IMG/VR virus record: IMGVR_UViG_2880505610_000001
Span: 40,773-104,772 of that record
Source of the DNA: a virus
Lineage: Duplodnaviria; Caudoviricetes
Strand: one strand, 5' to 3'
Length of the DNA stretch: 64,000 nt
The position numbers and the translations under genes are program-made. The notes below the pieces were generated by a model, which searched no databases, was not told where the DNA came from, and was given only the letters and a program-made list of their open reading frames with translations. How positions within the stretch are numbered: the stretch's first letter is position 1; every line of letters begins with the position of its first letter. Below are positions 28,640-36,462 of this stretch, one piece after another.

Positions 28640-28740
28640 ATCATCCAAGCCCCAGACCCGTAGCCAGGGGGAGCCTCAATACGTGGCCGATTCCCTGACC
28701 ATGATCATCGGGGGTGGCCCCCACCCTTGGTGACGCTGTG
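28640..28740 (-). other. Probable cos/packaging-initiation region
   Basis: Non-coding gap between HNH and terS containing GGGTGGGGGCCACCCCC...TACGGGTCTGGG on the minus strand; position typical of HNH-associated cos phages. Confidence 0.45.
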
Positions 28741-29089
28741 TGACCGGCGGCCTGGGGTGGTTGATCATGGTTGGTGACGTCCACCCGGCCCTGCGAGGGG
28801 CGGTCACGGCGAGGTCACTCGGCTCAGCCACGTAGCGATCACGGCGCTGCTGAGAGGCTCGCGATCACCGTTGCGTGCGAGCAGATGGTCATCGGCGTTG
28901 GCTGGTGTGGCTGCTGCCCTGTGGCCGGTGCCCGCGTGTGGGTGGTGCCGTGCCGGCTGCTCTGCACCCTCACGCCTGTCGGGTGTCCCCCTGTGCGTGC
29001 ACCCCGAGCGTGTGGTGCTCACGGACCTGGCCGTTCGGGGTGGCCTGCTGCGGTGAGGGGTCAACCTTGGCTCGCTGCGTTCGCGGTCC

Positions 29090-29272
29090 TCAGCGTCGTG
29101 GTCGTCCTGCCTTGCGGGTCCCCTTGCGTACGGGGAGCCGGCGGTACCGGACCTTGCGGGGGCCCGGTGTCTCCCTAGCCTTGCGCCTTGCCCAGGGCTG
29201 CTTGGTGGCGAAGGCCCAGCGCCATTGCTTGCGGCTGACGAACCCCTTCTTCTGCCCGCCGCGCTTGGCCAT
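29090..29272 (-). CDS. Small very basic protein
   Basis: GFVSRKQWRWAFATKQPWAR; RBS GGAGGTGAAGG. Confidence 0.75.
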   Translation of the reverse strand: MAKRGGQKKGFVSRKQWRWAFATKQPWARRKARETPGPRKVRYRRLPVRKGTRKAGRPRR

Positions 29273-29278
29273 GTGCCT

Positions 29279-29590
29279 TCACCTCCGGAGGCCGGGGTGT
29301 GGTTCGGGTGGGCGGTGCCGCTTGGGCCGGCGGGCCTGTGCTGCCTTACCGCCCTCGCTGGAGGACTTGTAGACGTGGCAGCGTTGCACCGTGCGGCGTC
29401 CATGGATGGGGGCTAGCGCTTCGATCCGGTGGTCATCGCCAGCCACGATGTGGTCGATCTCGTCCGCGCCGGGCTGGCCGCACACGTGGCAGATGGTGCC
29501 GTGGATCCGGAACGCCTCGGTACGGCGGTCGGCCCAGTCTGCTGGCAGTCGGGCTGCGCGGTCCGAGCCAGCCCATTGTCCGTTCGGCAC
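29279..29590 (-). CDS. HNH endonuclease (terminase-associated)
   Basis: WAGSDR..RLPADW, CHVC, EIDHI, CH.YKSSSEG, PPEPHPGL. Confidence 0.9.
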   Translation of the reverse strand: MPNGQWAGSDRAARLPADWADRRTEAFRIHGTICHVCGQPGADEIDHIVAGDDHRIEALAPIHGRRTVQRCHVYKSSSEGGKAAQARRPKRHRPPEPHPGLRR

Positions 29591-29609
29591 CGCCCCTCCA
29601 AGATCTTTC

Positions 29610-30341
29610 TTATCCGCCGGTGGACGATCGTGAGCTGTCCCAGGTCAGCGCGTTGGCGTTCTCTGTGACGAGGACGCGCATAGCCGTCGGGTCGCCCTCT
29701 GCCTGGAGGTAGCGGTAGCAGCGCGCGGCATTCGCCTCGTACTGGTTACCCGTCTTCACTGCGGACTCGTGATGCAGCGCGTACACGCGGCCCTCATGGC
29801 GGACGGGTTCGGTGCCGAGGAGAGTCTTGTGCGCGGCGAGCCACGCGGCGTCCTCGAAGCCCCAGCCTCGGAAGTGTTCGTCTTGGCCACCGTGGACCCA
29901 CCAGGTGGCGGGGTTGAGGACGTAGATTCCGGAGCAGGCGCCGTCTACGACCAGGTGGTTGCAGTCCTCGAGCGGGGCGCCAGCGAGGAACTGGTCGGTG
30001 CCGTCGCGGCGGAGGGAGCGGTACTGGGTGTAGGGCAGGTGCACGTACCGGGACGTGGTGGCGTCCTGGACCGCCTGCTGCAGTGGCTCAGGCTCGGGCA
30101 GGGTGTCCGCGTCAGCGAGGACCACCACCTCGTAGCCGCCGGCCTCGGCCATGCGAACGGCCTTGTTCCGGCAGGCGGCGAGACAGAACGCTTCGTGCTC
30201 GGTGTCGACGTCCACTATGTGCGCCTCAGGGAGCAGCACCCGGTAGGTGTCCACCGTCAGGTCGTGGGCGTAGACGCGGTGTGGCTGTGGGCGCCACGGT
30301 ATGCCGACCAGCACGCGGCACGTGCGTTCAGCGAGGCCCAC
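29610..30341 (-). CDS. GT-A glycosyltransferase with a Glyco_transf_7C-like (galactosyltransferase-type) motif
   Basis: VGIPWR, CRNKAV, VLADAD (DxD), GGQDEHFRGWGFED, ALHH; GTG start at 30341 after GGAGGAGGGG. Confidence 0.88.
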   Translation of the reverse strand: MGLAERTCRVLVGIPWRPQPHRVYAHDLTVDTYRVLLPEAHIVDVDTEHEAFCLAACRNKAVRMAEAGGYEVVVLADADTLPEPEPLQQAVQDATTSRYVHLPYTQYRSLRRDGTDQFLAGAPLEDCNHLVVDGACSGIYVLNPATWWVHGGQDEHFRGWGFEDAAWLAAHKTLLGTEPVRHEGRVYALHHESAVKTGNQYEANAARCYRYLQAEGDPTAMRVLVTENANALTWDSSRSSTGG

Positions 30342-30762
30342 GCCCCTCCTCCGTGATCTTGTGCCACTGCTCGGTGGTCGGAACCGGCTCGGCACGCCCG
30401 GAGGTGTTGATCGCGTATGCAAGGCCGGACAGGTTTCCGACGATCGCGCCCAGCGTCTCGGTGAGGCGGTCCACGCGTTCGCGTTCGGCGTCGTAGTCGC
30501 GGCGGAGCGCCCGTGTGTCCTCAGCGCCGTTGTAGTGGCGCGCGAGTGCCTCCAGAAGTGCGTGGGCCTCGCTGTCTCTGAGCCGGAGCGTGGGGTCGAT
30601 GTTGGGGTCGGGATGGTCGGGCAGCTCTTCCCAGCCGAGGATGGTGTTGCTGCCGCCCTCAACGATCCGCAGGATGTGCCGGGTCCGCCCTTCCGATTCC
30701 TGGACCAGGGTGATCGCAAGGGTCATGCCTGCGATGTCTTCTCTGATGTAGGCGCGGATCAT
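30328..30762 (-). CDS. Hypothetical protein
   Basis: MIRAYIRED...ALRRDYDAERERVDRL; ATGA coupling. Confidence 0.75.
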   Translation of the reverse strand: MIRAYIREDIAGMTLAITLVQESEGRTRHILRIVEGGSNTILGWEELPDHPDPNIDPTLRLRDSEAHALLEALARHYNGAEDTRALRRDYDAERERVDRLTETLGAIVGNLSGLAYAINTSGRAEPVPTTEQWHKITEEGRGPR

Positions 30763-31025
30763 CGCTGCGCAGCCTTTTCCACGGTGCCCTGAACGTGCTC
30801 CACGACGCGGCGGAGGTCGCCCTCGTCCCACTCAGGCCTCAGGTGGATCCGGACTTCGCCGATCGACGGGGTGGTGTCGTCGAGGTCGGCTTGGACCTCA
30901 ACGTCCTCGATCAGTGAGGGGGCGGCGCTTTCGACGAGTTGGCCGGCCTCGTGGTCGCTGAAGCCTGCAGCGCAGAGTTCCTCGCGGTAGGCGGATAGTC
31001 TCTGCGCGGTCGTGAGGTTACTCAT
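30759..31025 (-). CDS. Hypothetical protein
   Basis: 88 aa, RBS GAAAGG, coupled to the next gene. Confidence 0.7.
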   Translation of the reverse strand: MSNLTTAQRLSAYREELCAAGFSDHEAGQLVESAAPSLIEDVEVQADLDDTTPSIGEVRIHLRPEWDEGDLRRVVEHVQGTVEKAAQR

Positions 31026-31260
31026 GGGAGAGCCTTTCGAGCGGAGTGGGTGAGGCCCGGCCTGTGTCCAGCGCCACCCACTCCAGAGGGAGCGGACACA
31101 GGCCGGGAGTATGTAACGATTGAATAACTCCCTGGAGCGGTTCGCGTCGGTTCACCAATGTTCAGGGAGTTTCAGGGCGTCTCCACACGTCTCAGGACGT
31201 CACATTTGAAGACTCCGCACCCGCAAATGACCAGCCAGTCATCATGCGATAGTCCAGGTC

Positions 31261-31740
31261 ATGCATGGATGGAACGAGCGCCTGGCAGCGGGCGCAGCGC
31301 ACGAGGAGCGAGTTGCCCAAGCCCTCATCGACCGCGGATGGGAAGTCGCTCCATGGGGCCAGGGCGTCTTGCCGCCGGGTATCCAAGAAGCCCTGAGTCG
31401 TAGCGCCTCGAAGTGGCGCCACTTCCCTGACCTTGTCGCCGCCCGTGAAGGCGAAATCATCACCGTGGACGCCAAAGACCGTATGTGGTCCACTCAGTCC
31501 GGCCGGTATGCAGTCAGCCGAGACTGCGTGAGTTTCGGCCTCCAGTTCATCGCCGCTTTCGGGGTGCCTGTTTTCTACGTGTTCGGCAACCTCAGGGTGC
31601 TATCGCCCGTCGAAGTTCAGGCCTACGGGTCCCTTGGCCCTCGCATCCGCGGGGGCGCCTACTTCCTTGTGCCGGAACGGCTCGGGCATCACTTCGACGA
31701 CGTGTTCGGGGTTGTCTACCATCACAATGAAGCCGCGTGA
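31261..31740 (+). CDS. PD-(D/E)xK nuclease-fold protein (moron on the opposite strand)
   Basis: G..HEERVA..L..RGW ... FPDLV ... VDAK; lower-GC upstream region. Confidence 0.65.
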   Translation: MHGWNERLAAGAAHEERVAQALIDRGWEVAPWGQGVLPPGIQEALSRSASKWRHFPDLVAAREGEIITVDAKDRMWSTQSGRYAVSRDCVSFGLQFIAAFGVPVFYVFGNLRVLSPVEVQAYGSLGPRIRGGAYFLVPERLGHHFDDVFGVVYHHNEAA

Positions 31741-32439
31741 TCAATAGCCCGAGCCGACTCGTGCGTCGCCGATGTGCTCGACGCGTGGAGGGTCGGTGCG
31801 CCGGCCCCAGTACGCGGCACGAGCGTGGGGGTTCTGGAAAAGGTGCCGGCCGAAGCGGGACTCGGACCAGTCGCCCTCTGGCCAGTCGTGCTCAAGGGTT
31901 CGGCGTGGGATCAGACACGGGTTGCCGGTGAACACGGCGCGGTGCTCGATCCACCACTGGCGGCCGTTCGTGCACTCAGTGAACCGCTGGCCCTGTGCCT
32001 CCAGAGCCTCGATTAGGCCGCCGTGCTCGACCTCATTCGTGAACCAGGGCTGCCTGAGCAGCGCCATCTGCATCAGGTCACGTCGGGCGTCCAGAACCTC
32101 GGCGAGCTCGTCGAGGTCCACGTCCTCAGTGAGGACGAAATCGTCCTCCCAGAACGCGAACGCGGGCTCGTCCCAGTGGCGGGCCAACGCCCACACTGCC
32201 TGCATCGCCCGCCAGTACCCGTGCGGGGCCGGAAGGTGGAGGACCTTGGTGTCCCAGGGACCGCCCACGTACTCGTCCTCGAGCCACTGGCCGTAGACGT
32301 CGTCGCCGGAGTCGTCCACGATCACCATGCTGCTCACGCCGGTCAGGTGGGCGATGGCGGACGGGATCGTCTTAGCGATGCAGTCGGGCCGGCCGTTGGT
32401 CAGGCAGATGATCGGGACGGGCATGGAGCTCCGATCCAT
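31741..32439 (-). CDS. Glycosyltransferase, GT-A/family 2-like
   Basis: TNGRPD, VIVDDSG, FWEDDF (xDD), VEHIG. Confidence 0.82.
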   Translation of the reverse strand: MDRSSMPVPIICLTNGRPDCIAKTIPSAIAHLTGVSSMVIVDDSGDDVYGQWLEDEYVGGPWDTKVLHLPAPHGYWRAMQAVWALARHWDEPAFAFWEDDFVLTEDVDLDELAEVLDARRDLMQMALLRQPWFTNEVEHGGLIEALEAQGQRFTECTNGRQWWIEHRAVFTGNPCLIPRRTLEHDWPEGDWSESRFGRHLFQNPHARAAYWGRRTDPPRVEHIGDARVGSGY

Positions 32440-32478
32440 CGGTCGTGGCCCGGGCGACGCGGGTGGAGCTGGGTGACG

Positions 32479-33165
32479 TCACATCAGGACGGGTCGTTCG
32501 TAGCCCCACTTGGTGATCCACGTCTTGTGGTCGCGGTCGGTCTGCTCAGACAGGACCGGGTCCGCGCGGGTTTGTACATCTGGGGCACGGTGTTCCACGC
32601 GGACGCCGGGCACGAGGAGCGACCCGCCGGCTTGACGGCTTTCCCAATCGATCGTGTCGTCGCCGAACCACCACACGAAGTCTTCGTCGGCGCGGATGCC
32701 CGCCTCACCGCGGAGCATGAAGCAGTACCCGCAGATCCGCTCCTGGACCAGTGTCGGCTGTGCCGCGGTGTGCAGCATTCGTTGGCCGACGCCGAACTGG
32801 TCCGGGTACGCGCACACCGCGGTCGTGGCGCGCATTGCGGCCGACAACGTGACCACCAGTTCGTCCGGTGCGACGATGTCGTCGTTGACGACGAGGACGT
32901 TCCAGGCGCCCCAGCCGTTGGTCTCGGCGGTTCGGGCGACTTCGTCGATGCCGAGGTTCCACAGGCGGGAAATGTTCGGTGGGTACTCGGCGTGCCGGAT
33001 GATCCGCAGGTCCGAGCTCAGGCCCGGGAACGCCGAGGTCGGCGGGTTCGAGCCGTTGTCGACGATGAGGATGCCGTGGACTTGTCCGTCCAGGGAGTTC
33101 ACGCAGTCGGCGAGGAACTCCGGCCGGTTCTTGGTCGGTATGACGGCGAGCGTCGGCGCAGTCAT
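32479..33165 (-). CDS. Glycosyltransferase family 2
   Basis: VIPTKNR, LIVDNGS, NISRLWNLG, VVNDD, GYCFMLR, DEDFVWWFGD. Confidence 0.9.
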   Translation of the reverse strand: MTAPTLAVIPTKNRPEFLADCVNSLDGQVHGILIVDNGSNPPTSAFPGLSSDLRIIRHAEYPPNISRLWNLGIDEVARTAETNGWGAWNVLVVNDDIVAPDELVVTLSAAMRATTAVCAYPDQFGVGQRMLHTAAQPTLVQERICGYCFMLRGEAGIRADEDFVWWFGDDTIDWESRQAGGSLLVPGVRVEHRAPDVQTRADPVLSEQTDRDHKTWITKWGYERPVLM

Positions 33166-33674
33166 GGCGTCTTCTTCGCCCATGCGTACAGGTCGCCGGG
33201 CGGGTAGGCGTACTCCAGCCCGAACGAGCGCGGGAACGTGTCGGCGAGCGCCGCGGCCAGTTCGGCAGGCTGGACGTTGCAGTAGTGCTCGCCCGGCTCA
33301 GGCCACGGGCCTCCGCTCATACCATGCGGCGGGCGCCGGTCCGAGGCGCACGTGACGATCAGCAGGCCGCCGGGCGCGAGTGCGCGTTCGGCGGTGGCGA
33401 TGATCGCCGGCCAGCCTTTCACGTGCTCGAACACCTCGGTGCACAGTACGAGGTCGTAGGTGCGGTCGGGGACCCAGGTGCGGGCGTCGGCGACCACGTC
33501 GACGCCATTCCCCGGGGTGGAGTCGACGGCCGTCCAGTCGTGGGTGGCGAACATGCCGCGGAGGCTGCCGTTGACGTTGCGGCCTCCCAGGTCGCACGCG
33601 GCAAGGGTGGCGTGGGTGAGGAGGCCGTGCGTGTCTGCGAGCCGCTTCACTGCGGCGCGGGCCTCATCATGCAT
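33162..33674 (-). CDS. Class I SAM-dependent methyltransferase (probably a sugar O-methyltransferase)
   Basis: DLGGRNVNGS, GNGVDVVAD, YDLVLCTEVFEH, LAPGGLLIVT; ATGA-coupled to the GT2 gene. Confidence 0.88.
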   Translation of the reverse strand: MHDEARAAVKRLADTHGLLTHATLAACDLGGRNVNGSLRGMFATHDWTAVDSTPGNGVDVVADARTWVPDRTYDLVLCTEVFEHVKGWPAIIATAERALAPGGLLIVTCASDRRPPHGMSGGPWPEPGEHYCNVQPAELAAALADTFPRSFGLEYAYPPGDLYAWAKKTP

Positions 33675-33874
33675 TGAGGGTCTCCTGGGAAGGAGCTGTG
33701 GGCCCGGCCATCCCACCCCCCGGGGGATAGCCGGACCCAGCAGCGGTGCGCAGGCCGCTGGGGAGCGATGCCTACGCGTGAGGGGGCACACCACGCGGAC
33801 GGGGTGTACGGCACACCCGAACCCCTGCACGTGAACAGTGCGTGAGCAGCAGGGGCCGGGTGCGCGTTCTTGGG

Positions 33875-34150
33875 TTAGGCGGCGGCGGAGCGCTCGGCTT
33901 CCCGGAGCGGGCAGCGGTGCGCGATCGCCGCGCGTTCTTCCGGGGTGGCGGGGACCTCGTGGCCGTGGCTGATTTCCCGTTCGATCACGCGAAGGTCTCG
34001 CATGTCGTAGTAGACGGCGCGTCCCCACCGGTTGAGCTGGACGGCGTTGTACCGCTTGGCCCACCAGCGGATCGTGGATGCGGCGCGCCTGTCCAGTCGC
34101 TTCCCGGCTTCGGCTGCGGTCACCGGCTCGGGTCGGTCTTCCAGGGGCAT
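33875..34150 (-). CDS. HTH DNA-binding protein (candidate late regulator)
   Basis: VTAAEAGKRLDRRAASTIRWWA...GRAVYYDMRDL. Confidence 0.7.
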   Translation of the reverse strand: MPLEDRPEPVTAAEAGKRLDRRAASTIRWWAKRYNAVQLNRWGRAVYYDMRDLRVIEREISHGHEVPATPEERAAIAHRCPLREAERSAAA

Positions 34151-34322
34151 AGCCACCCCCTGAACAGCAGAAATCCCCAGGCCCTTGGGGTTCCTGGGGA
34201 CATACGTGTGGTACTTCACGAAGTGTGGCAGAGCGCCGCCCGATTCGCAATTTGCAGGTCAGCGGCGTGTCCGGGCGACTTCGTGGCTGCGGCTTCGAGA
34301 GGGCACCCCGCCCGCCTGCAAT

Positions 34323-34338
34323 GCGAACGCATGTTCGA
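34323..34338. promoter_or_regulatory. Actinobacterial LexA (SOS) box
   Basis: GCGAAC-GCAT-GTTCGA, one mismatch from TCGAAC-N4-GTTCGA, immediately before a plus-strand ORF. Confidence 0.75.
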
Positions 34339-34340
34339 TG

Positions 34341-34622
34341 ATGGCTCTCATGGATGCAGGTCAGTCGCGTGATGCCGTGGAGATGCCGCTAGCCCCGCAC
34401 CGTGGCGATCACATCCCCGCCCGGCACCCCGCGTGCTGGATTCACCTGGCCGGTGGTTGGCGGCGAGGGTGGATCCAGCACTGGCTGGTCGGCACGTCGG
34501 GGTGGCTGGCGTGGGTGCAGTACGAGGACCCGGACGGGAGGCCGTGGCCGCGGTTCGGGATGTTCGCCTACGATGAGGAGGCGGTCCGTCCGCGTGAGGA
34601 GGGGCAGGGGCCGCCCGATTAG
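34341..34622 (+). CDS. Small Trp-rich protein, probably SOS-regulated (start 34338, 34341 or 34350)
   Basis: WIHLAGGWRRGWIQHW..GWLAWVQY; preceded by the LexA box. Confidence 0.6.
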   Translation: MALMDAGQSRDAVEMPLAPHRGDHIPARHPACWIHLAGGWRRGWIQHWLVGTSGWLAWVQYEDPDGRPWPRFGMFAYDEEAVRPREEGQGPPD

Positions 34623-35011
34623 GGCCGCCACTCCTCCAGGTAGTCGGGGTCGTTGGCGTACGGTTGGGCGAGCAGCCGCAGGATGCGCTCCAGCGTCTTC
34701 GAAAGCCCTTCGCCGACAGCCCGGACACTCGCTTCGTACTCGTCGACGATTCGCCGCTTGGACTCAATGTCCGCCAGCGTGAACGAGTCAGGAGCAGGAT
34801 CGCAGAATCGCTCGCTGAACTCGGCGTTCGACATGATGTGACCGCAGGGCTGAAACTCCGTGCGGTTGTCCCCCGACTGCATGCCAAAGGACTCGACCCT
34901 CTCGCCGCAGGTCGGGCAGATAACCTGGAACGGCTTGAACTTGAACTTGCCTCGTTCGACGCGTTCACTCTCGTTCAGCCGGGCGTGCAGGAACTTCACC
35001 AGGTCACTCAT
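34619..35011 (-). CDS. DUF6221-family protein
   Basis: SDLVKFLHARL ... LADIESKRRIV ... LRLLAQPYA..PDY.EEWRP. Confidence 0.85.
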   Translation of the reverse strand: MSDLVKFLHARLNESERVERGKFKFKPFQVICPTCGERVESFGMQSGDNRTEFQPCGHIMSNAEFSERFCDPAPDSFTLADIESKRRIVDEYEASVRAVGEGLSKTLERILRLLAQPYANDPDYLEEWRP

Positions 35012-35247
35012 CGCCGGGCCTCCTGGTCGGCCATCTCAGCCAGCGCGCGGGCGGACATGGACAGGATCTCGATCTGCTTGCGCGGCAGCTTGGCGATCTC
35101 TGCGTGGGCCTTGTCGAACTCGCCCTGGTAGGCCCAGCCCATCGCTCCTTGGGCGGTCAGGATGGGTCCGGCCCGCGCGAACGCGTCCGTGACTCCCTCC
35201 AGGGCTTCCTGTAGTTGCTTGGCCCAGTCGGGCGTCTCGTCTCTCAT
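35008..35247 (-). CDS. Hypothetical protein
   Basis: MRDETPDWAKQL...; GAGGTGG RBS. Confidence 0.7.
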   Translation of the reverse strand: MRDETPDWAKQLQEALEGVTDAFARAGPILTAQGAMGWAYQGEFDKAHAEIAKLPRKQIEILSMSARALAEMADQEARR

Positions 35248-35257
35248 GCCGGCCACC

Positions 35258-35365
35258 TCACGTGTAGTTGGTGACGATCCTGATGATCGCCCACACCACC
35301 AGTCCGAGCATTCCGATGCCCAGCAGGGCACAGAACGCGAACCAGACCTTGAATCCGCTGCTCAC
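35258..35365 (-). CDS. Single-TM micro-protein, 35 aa
   Basis: Manual translation MSSGFKVWFAFCALLGIGMLGLVVWAIIRIVTNYT after a GAGGGGG RBS; fills the intergenic gap. Confidence 0.6.
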   Translation of the reverse strand: MSSGFKVWFAFCALLGIGMLGLVVWAIIRIVTNYT

Positions 35366-35374
35366 CTATCCCCC

Positions 35375-36262
35375 TCATGCGCTGTGACGGAGTTTGTCGA
35401 GTTCGGCCTCGTAGACGGCGCGGAGCAGGTTGGTGTACTCGGCGCCGAAGTAGCGGGTGCCGCACGCGGAGCATTCGGCGTAGTCCTCGAGGCCCGCGGA
35501 CAGGTCGGGGCGGACGAGGACGTCCAGTTGGTCGCAGGAGAAGCACCTGCCGGCGATCTTCTCGTCTTTGCCGGTGTGGCCGAGGGTCCAGCGGCAGCGG
35601 GCGTTGAGGCGGAACATTTCCAGGGCCGCGTCGCCGCCGTCGAGTTCCAGGATGGCCTCGGCGGTGCCGGTCCAGTGGTTGCGGCGGACGGGTGTGCCTT
35701 CGGGGAGGTCGTCGGCGTCCACGGTCGTCATGGTCCGGGTCATGGGTTCGGCGGGCAGGGCGAGGAGCGCGTCCAGGCGTGCGGCGAGGGTTTCGCACAT
35801 CTCCTCGAAGGGCTGGTCTGGGTAGGCGGCGAAGGGGGCGCCGTACCGGGCGCGGTCTTCCAGGGACCGGTCGGTTTCGCGGCCGGCGAGTCCGGCGACG
35901 CGGTAGATGCGGCCGGCCCAGGAGGAGATGACGTTGACGAGTTCGACGCGGAGCGTGTCGAAGGTCAGGTTGATCGGGATCGGGGCGTTCTTGCTGCCGG
36001 AGACTTTGGGGCCGTGCCCGGTGCTGCTCTTGTCACCGATCCGCTCCCCCAGTTCCCGGTGGTAGGCGGGGAGCTGTTCGAGGCAGCGGAGCGTGAACTC
36101 GCGGTCGGCGTCACAGAGTGCGCGGTATCCGAGTGCTGGCTCGATGATCCGCTGTCCGCCCGTGAACGTCACGGTGGCGTTGATGCACCGGTCTCCCCGT
36201 GCGCAGGGCCGCTGGCCGCCATCGTCGCGGTCGGCCGGGATGCTGTGAATCGTGCTGGCCAT
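35375..36262 (-). CDS. Zn-finger protein of the type found before actinophage late regions (possible late activator)
   Basis: LCDA.R..L..LP, APIPINL, C-terminal CFSC...CSAC; position at the end of the early region. Confidence 0.65.
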   Translation of the reverse strand: MASTIHSIPADRDDGGQRPCARGDRCINATVTFTGGQRIIEPALGYRALCDADREFTLRCLEQLPAYHRELGERIGDKSSTGHGPKVSGSKNAPIPINLTFDTLRVELVNVISSWAGRIYRVAGLAGRETDRSLEDRARYGAPFAAYPDQPFEEMCETLAARLDALLALPAEPMTRTMTTVDADDLPEGTPVRRNHWTGTAEAILELDGGDAALEMFRLNARCRWTLGHTGKDEKIAGRCFSCDQLDVLVRPDLSAGLEDYAECSACGTRYFGAEYTNLLRAVYEAELDKLRHSA

Positions 36263-36285
36263 GGTTCCCCCCATTAGTGCCGGGC

Positions 36286-36462
36286 TCAGCCCGCCACCTC
36301 GATTCGCTTGATGCTCGACCGCCACGTCGCGGTCATCTTCACGGTGGTGTCGCCAGGGATCTCCTGCCTCATGGCTTCCTGGACGAACTGGGCAAGCTCG
36401 TCCAATGTCATTCCGTACTTGAGGTCGGCGGCTTCGGCGCGGACCGTCTTCTCAGTGATCAC
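36286..36462 (-). CDS. Hypothetical protein, 58 aa
   Basis: GMTLDELAQFVQEA; GTGA coupling. Confidence 0.65.
   Translation of the reverse strand: MITEKTVRAEAADLKYGMTLDELAQFVQEAMRQEIPGDTTVKMTATWRSSIKRIEVAG

Noticed and set aside
26614-28698. Long plus-strand ORFs (694 aa here; also 23392-25254, 14507-16114, 21865-23316, 36573-37859)
   Set aside because: Antisense shadows of clear minus-strand phage genes, as expected in high-GC DNA; Arg/Pro-rich with no motifs
28804-29403. 199-aa minus-strand ORF near the putative cos
   Set aside because: Overlaps the HNH and basic-protein genes, low complexity and poor codon pattern; the region looks non-coding
29610-33674. GTs as a Gtr-type host surface conversion system
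   Set aside because: No membrane GT, flippase or TM segments, and the genes are oriented with the lytic late operon
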